From Paramicrosporidium saccamoebae KSL3 (Eukaryota > Fungi > Cryptomycota), in assembly GCA_002794465.1 (NCBI GenBank), contig MTSL01000119.1, positions 1 through 7,767 on the forward strand: a stretch of DNA of 7,767 bases, in the 5' to 3' direction. The notes under the pieces are model-generated. The model was not told the origin of the DNA. It saw nothing but the letters and a program-made list of their open reading frames with translations, and did not search any database. The translations under genes and the position numbers were made by a program. Below are positions 7,663 to 7,767 of this stretch, one piece after another (position 1 is the first letter of the stretch; each line of letters opens with the position of its first letter).

Positions 7663-7714
7663 GTCGTCTTTTGTAGCTTGGATAATGTTTGGGGCCAAAG
7701 AGCAATCTATTTAT

Positions 7715-7767
7715 TTGTCGCGTAGTGGGGATAATACCACGGCCCAGTTTAGGCGAGAAGAGAATTT
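7715..7767 (-). repeat. Repeat family B, copy B3 (runs off the window edge)
   Basis: Reverse complement aaattctcttctcgcctaaactgggccgtggtattatccccactacgcgacaa equals 4911-4963 except for one G/A difference. Confidence 0.95.

Noticed and set aside
5056-7698. Short ORFs antisense or out of frame to GSH1 and PRA1 (for example 5056-5268, 6258-6629, 6882-7166, 7087-7392, 7480-7698)
   Set aside because: They overlap confidently assigned CDSs and show no family motifs.

Overview
Gene-dense eukaryotic DNA with five housekeeping genes and very short (29-38 nt) GT-AG introns. The genes are a BET double-bromodomain protein (BDF1-like, minus), the B12-pathway GTPase MMAA/MeaB (minus, 6 introns), a SpoU-family rRNA methyltransferase of the MRM1 type (plus, 1 intron), glutamate-cysteine ligase GSH1/GCLC (minus, 1 intron) and a PRA1/Yip3 protein (plus, 2 introns). 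The broken ORFs in the supplied track are explained by splicing, not by pseudogenisation. The compaction, tiny introns and retained mitochondrial genes suggest an early-diverging fungal or Rozellomycota-like opisthokont; this is inference only. Two features are not explained by the genes. First, two possibly related intergenic repeat families (A and B) lie 80-230 nt beyond the stop codon of four of the five genes, always in the same orientation relative to that gene. Second, a predicted 123-nt intron in the BET 5' UTR folds into a long hairpin capped by an AGNN tetraloop.
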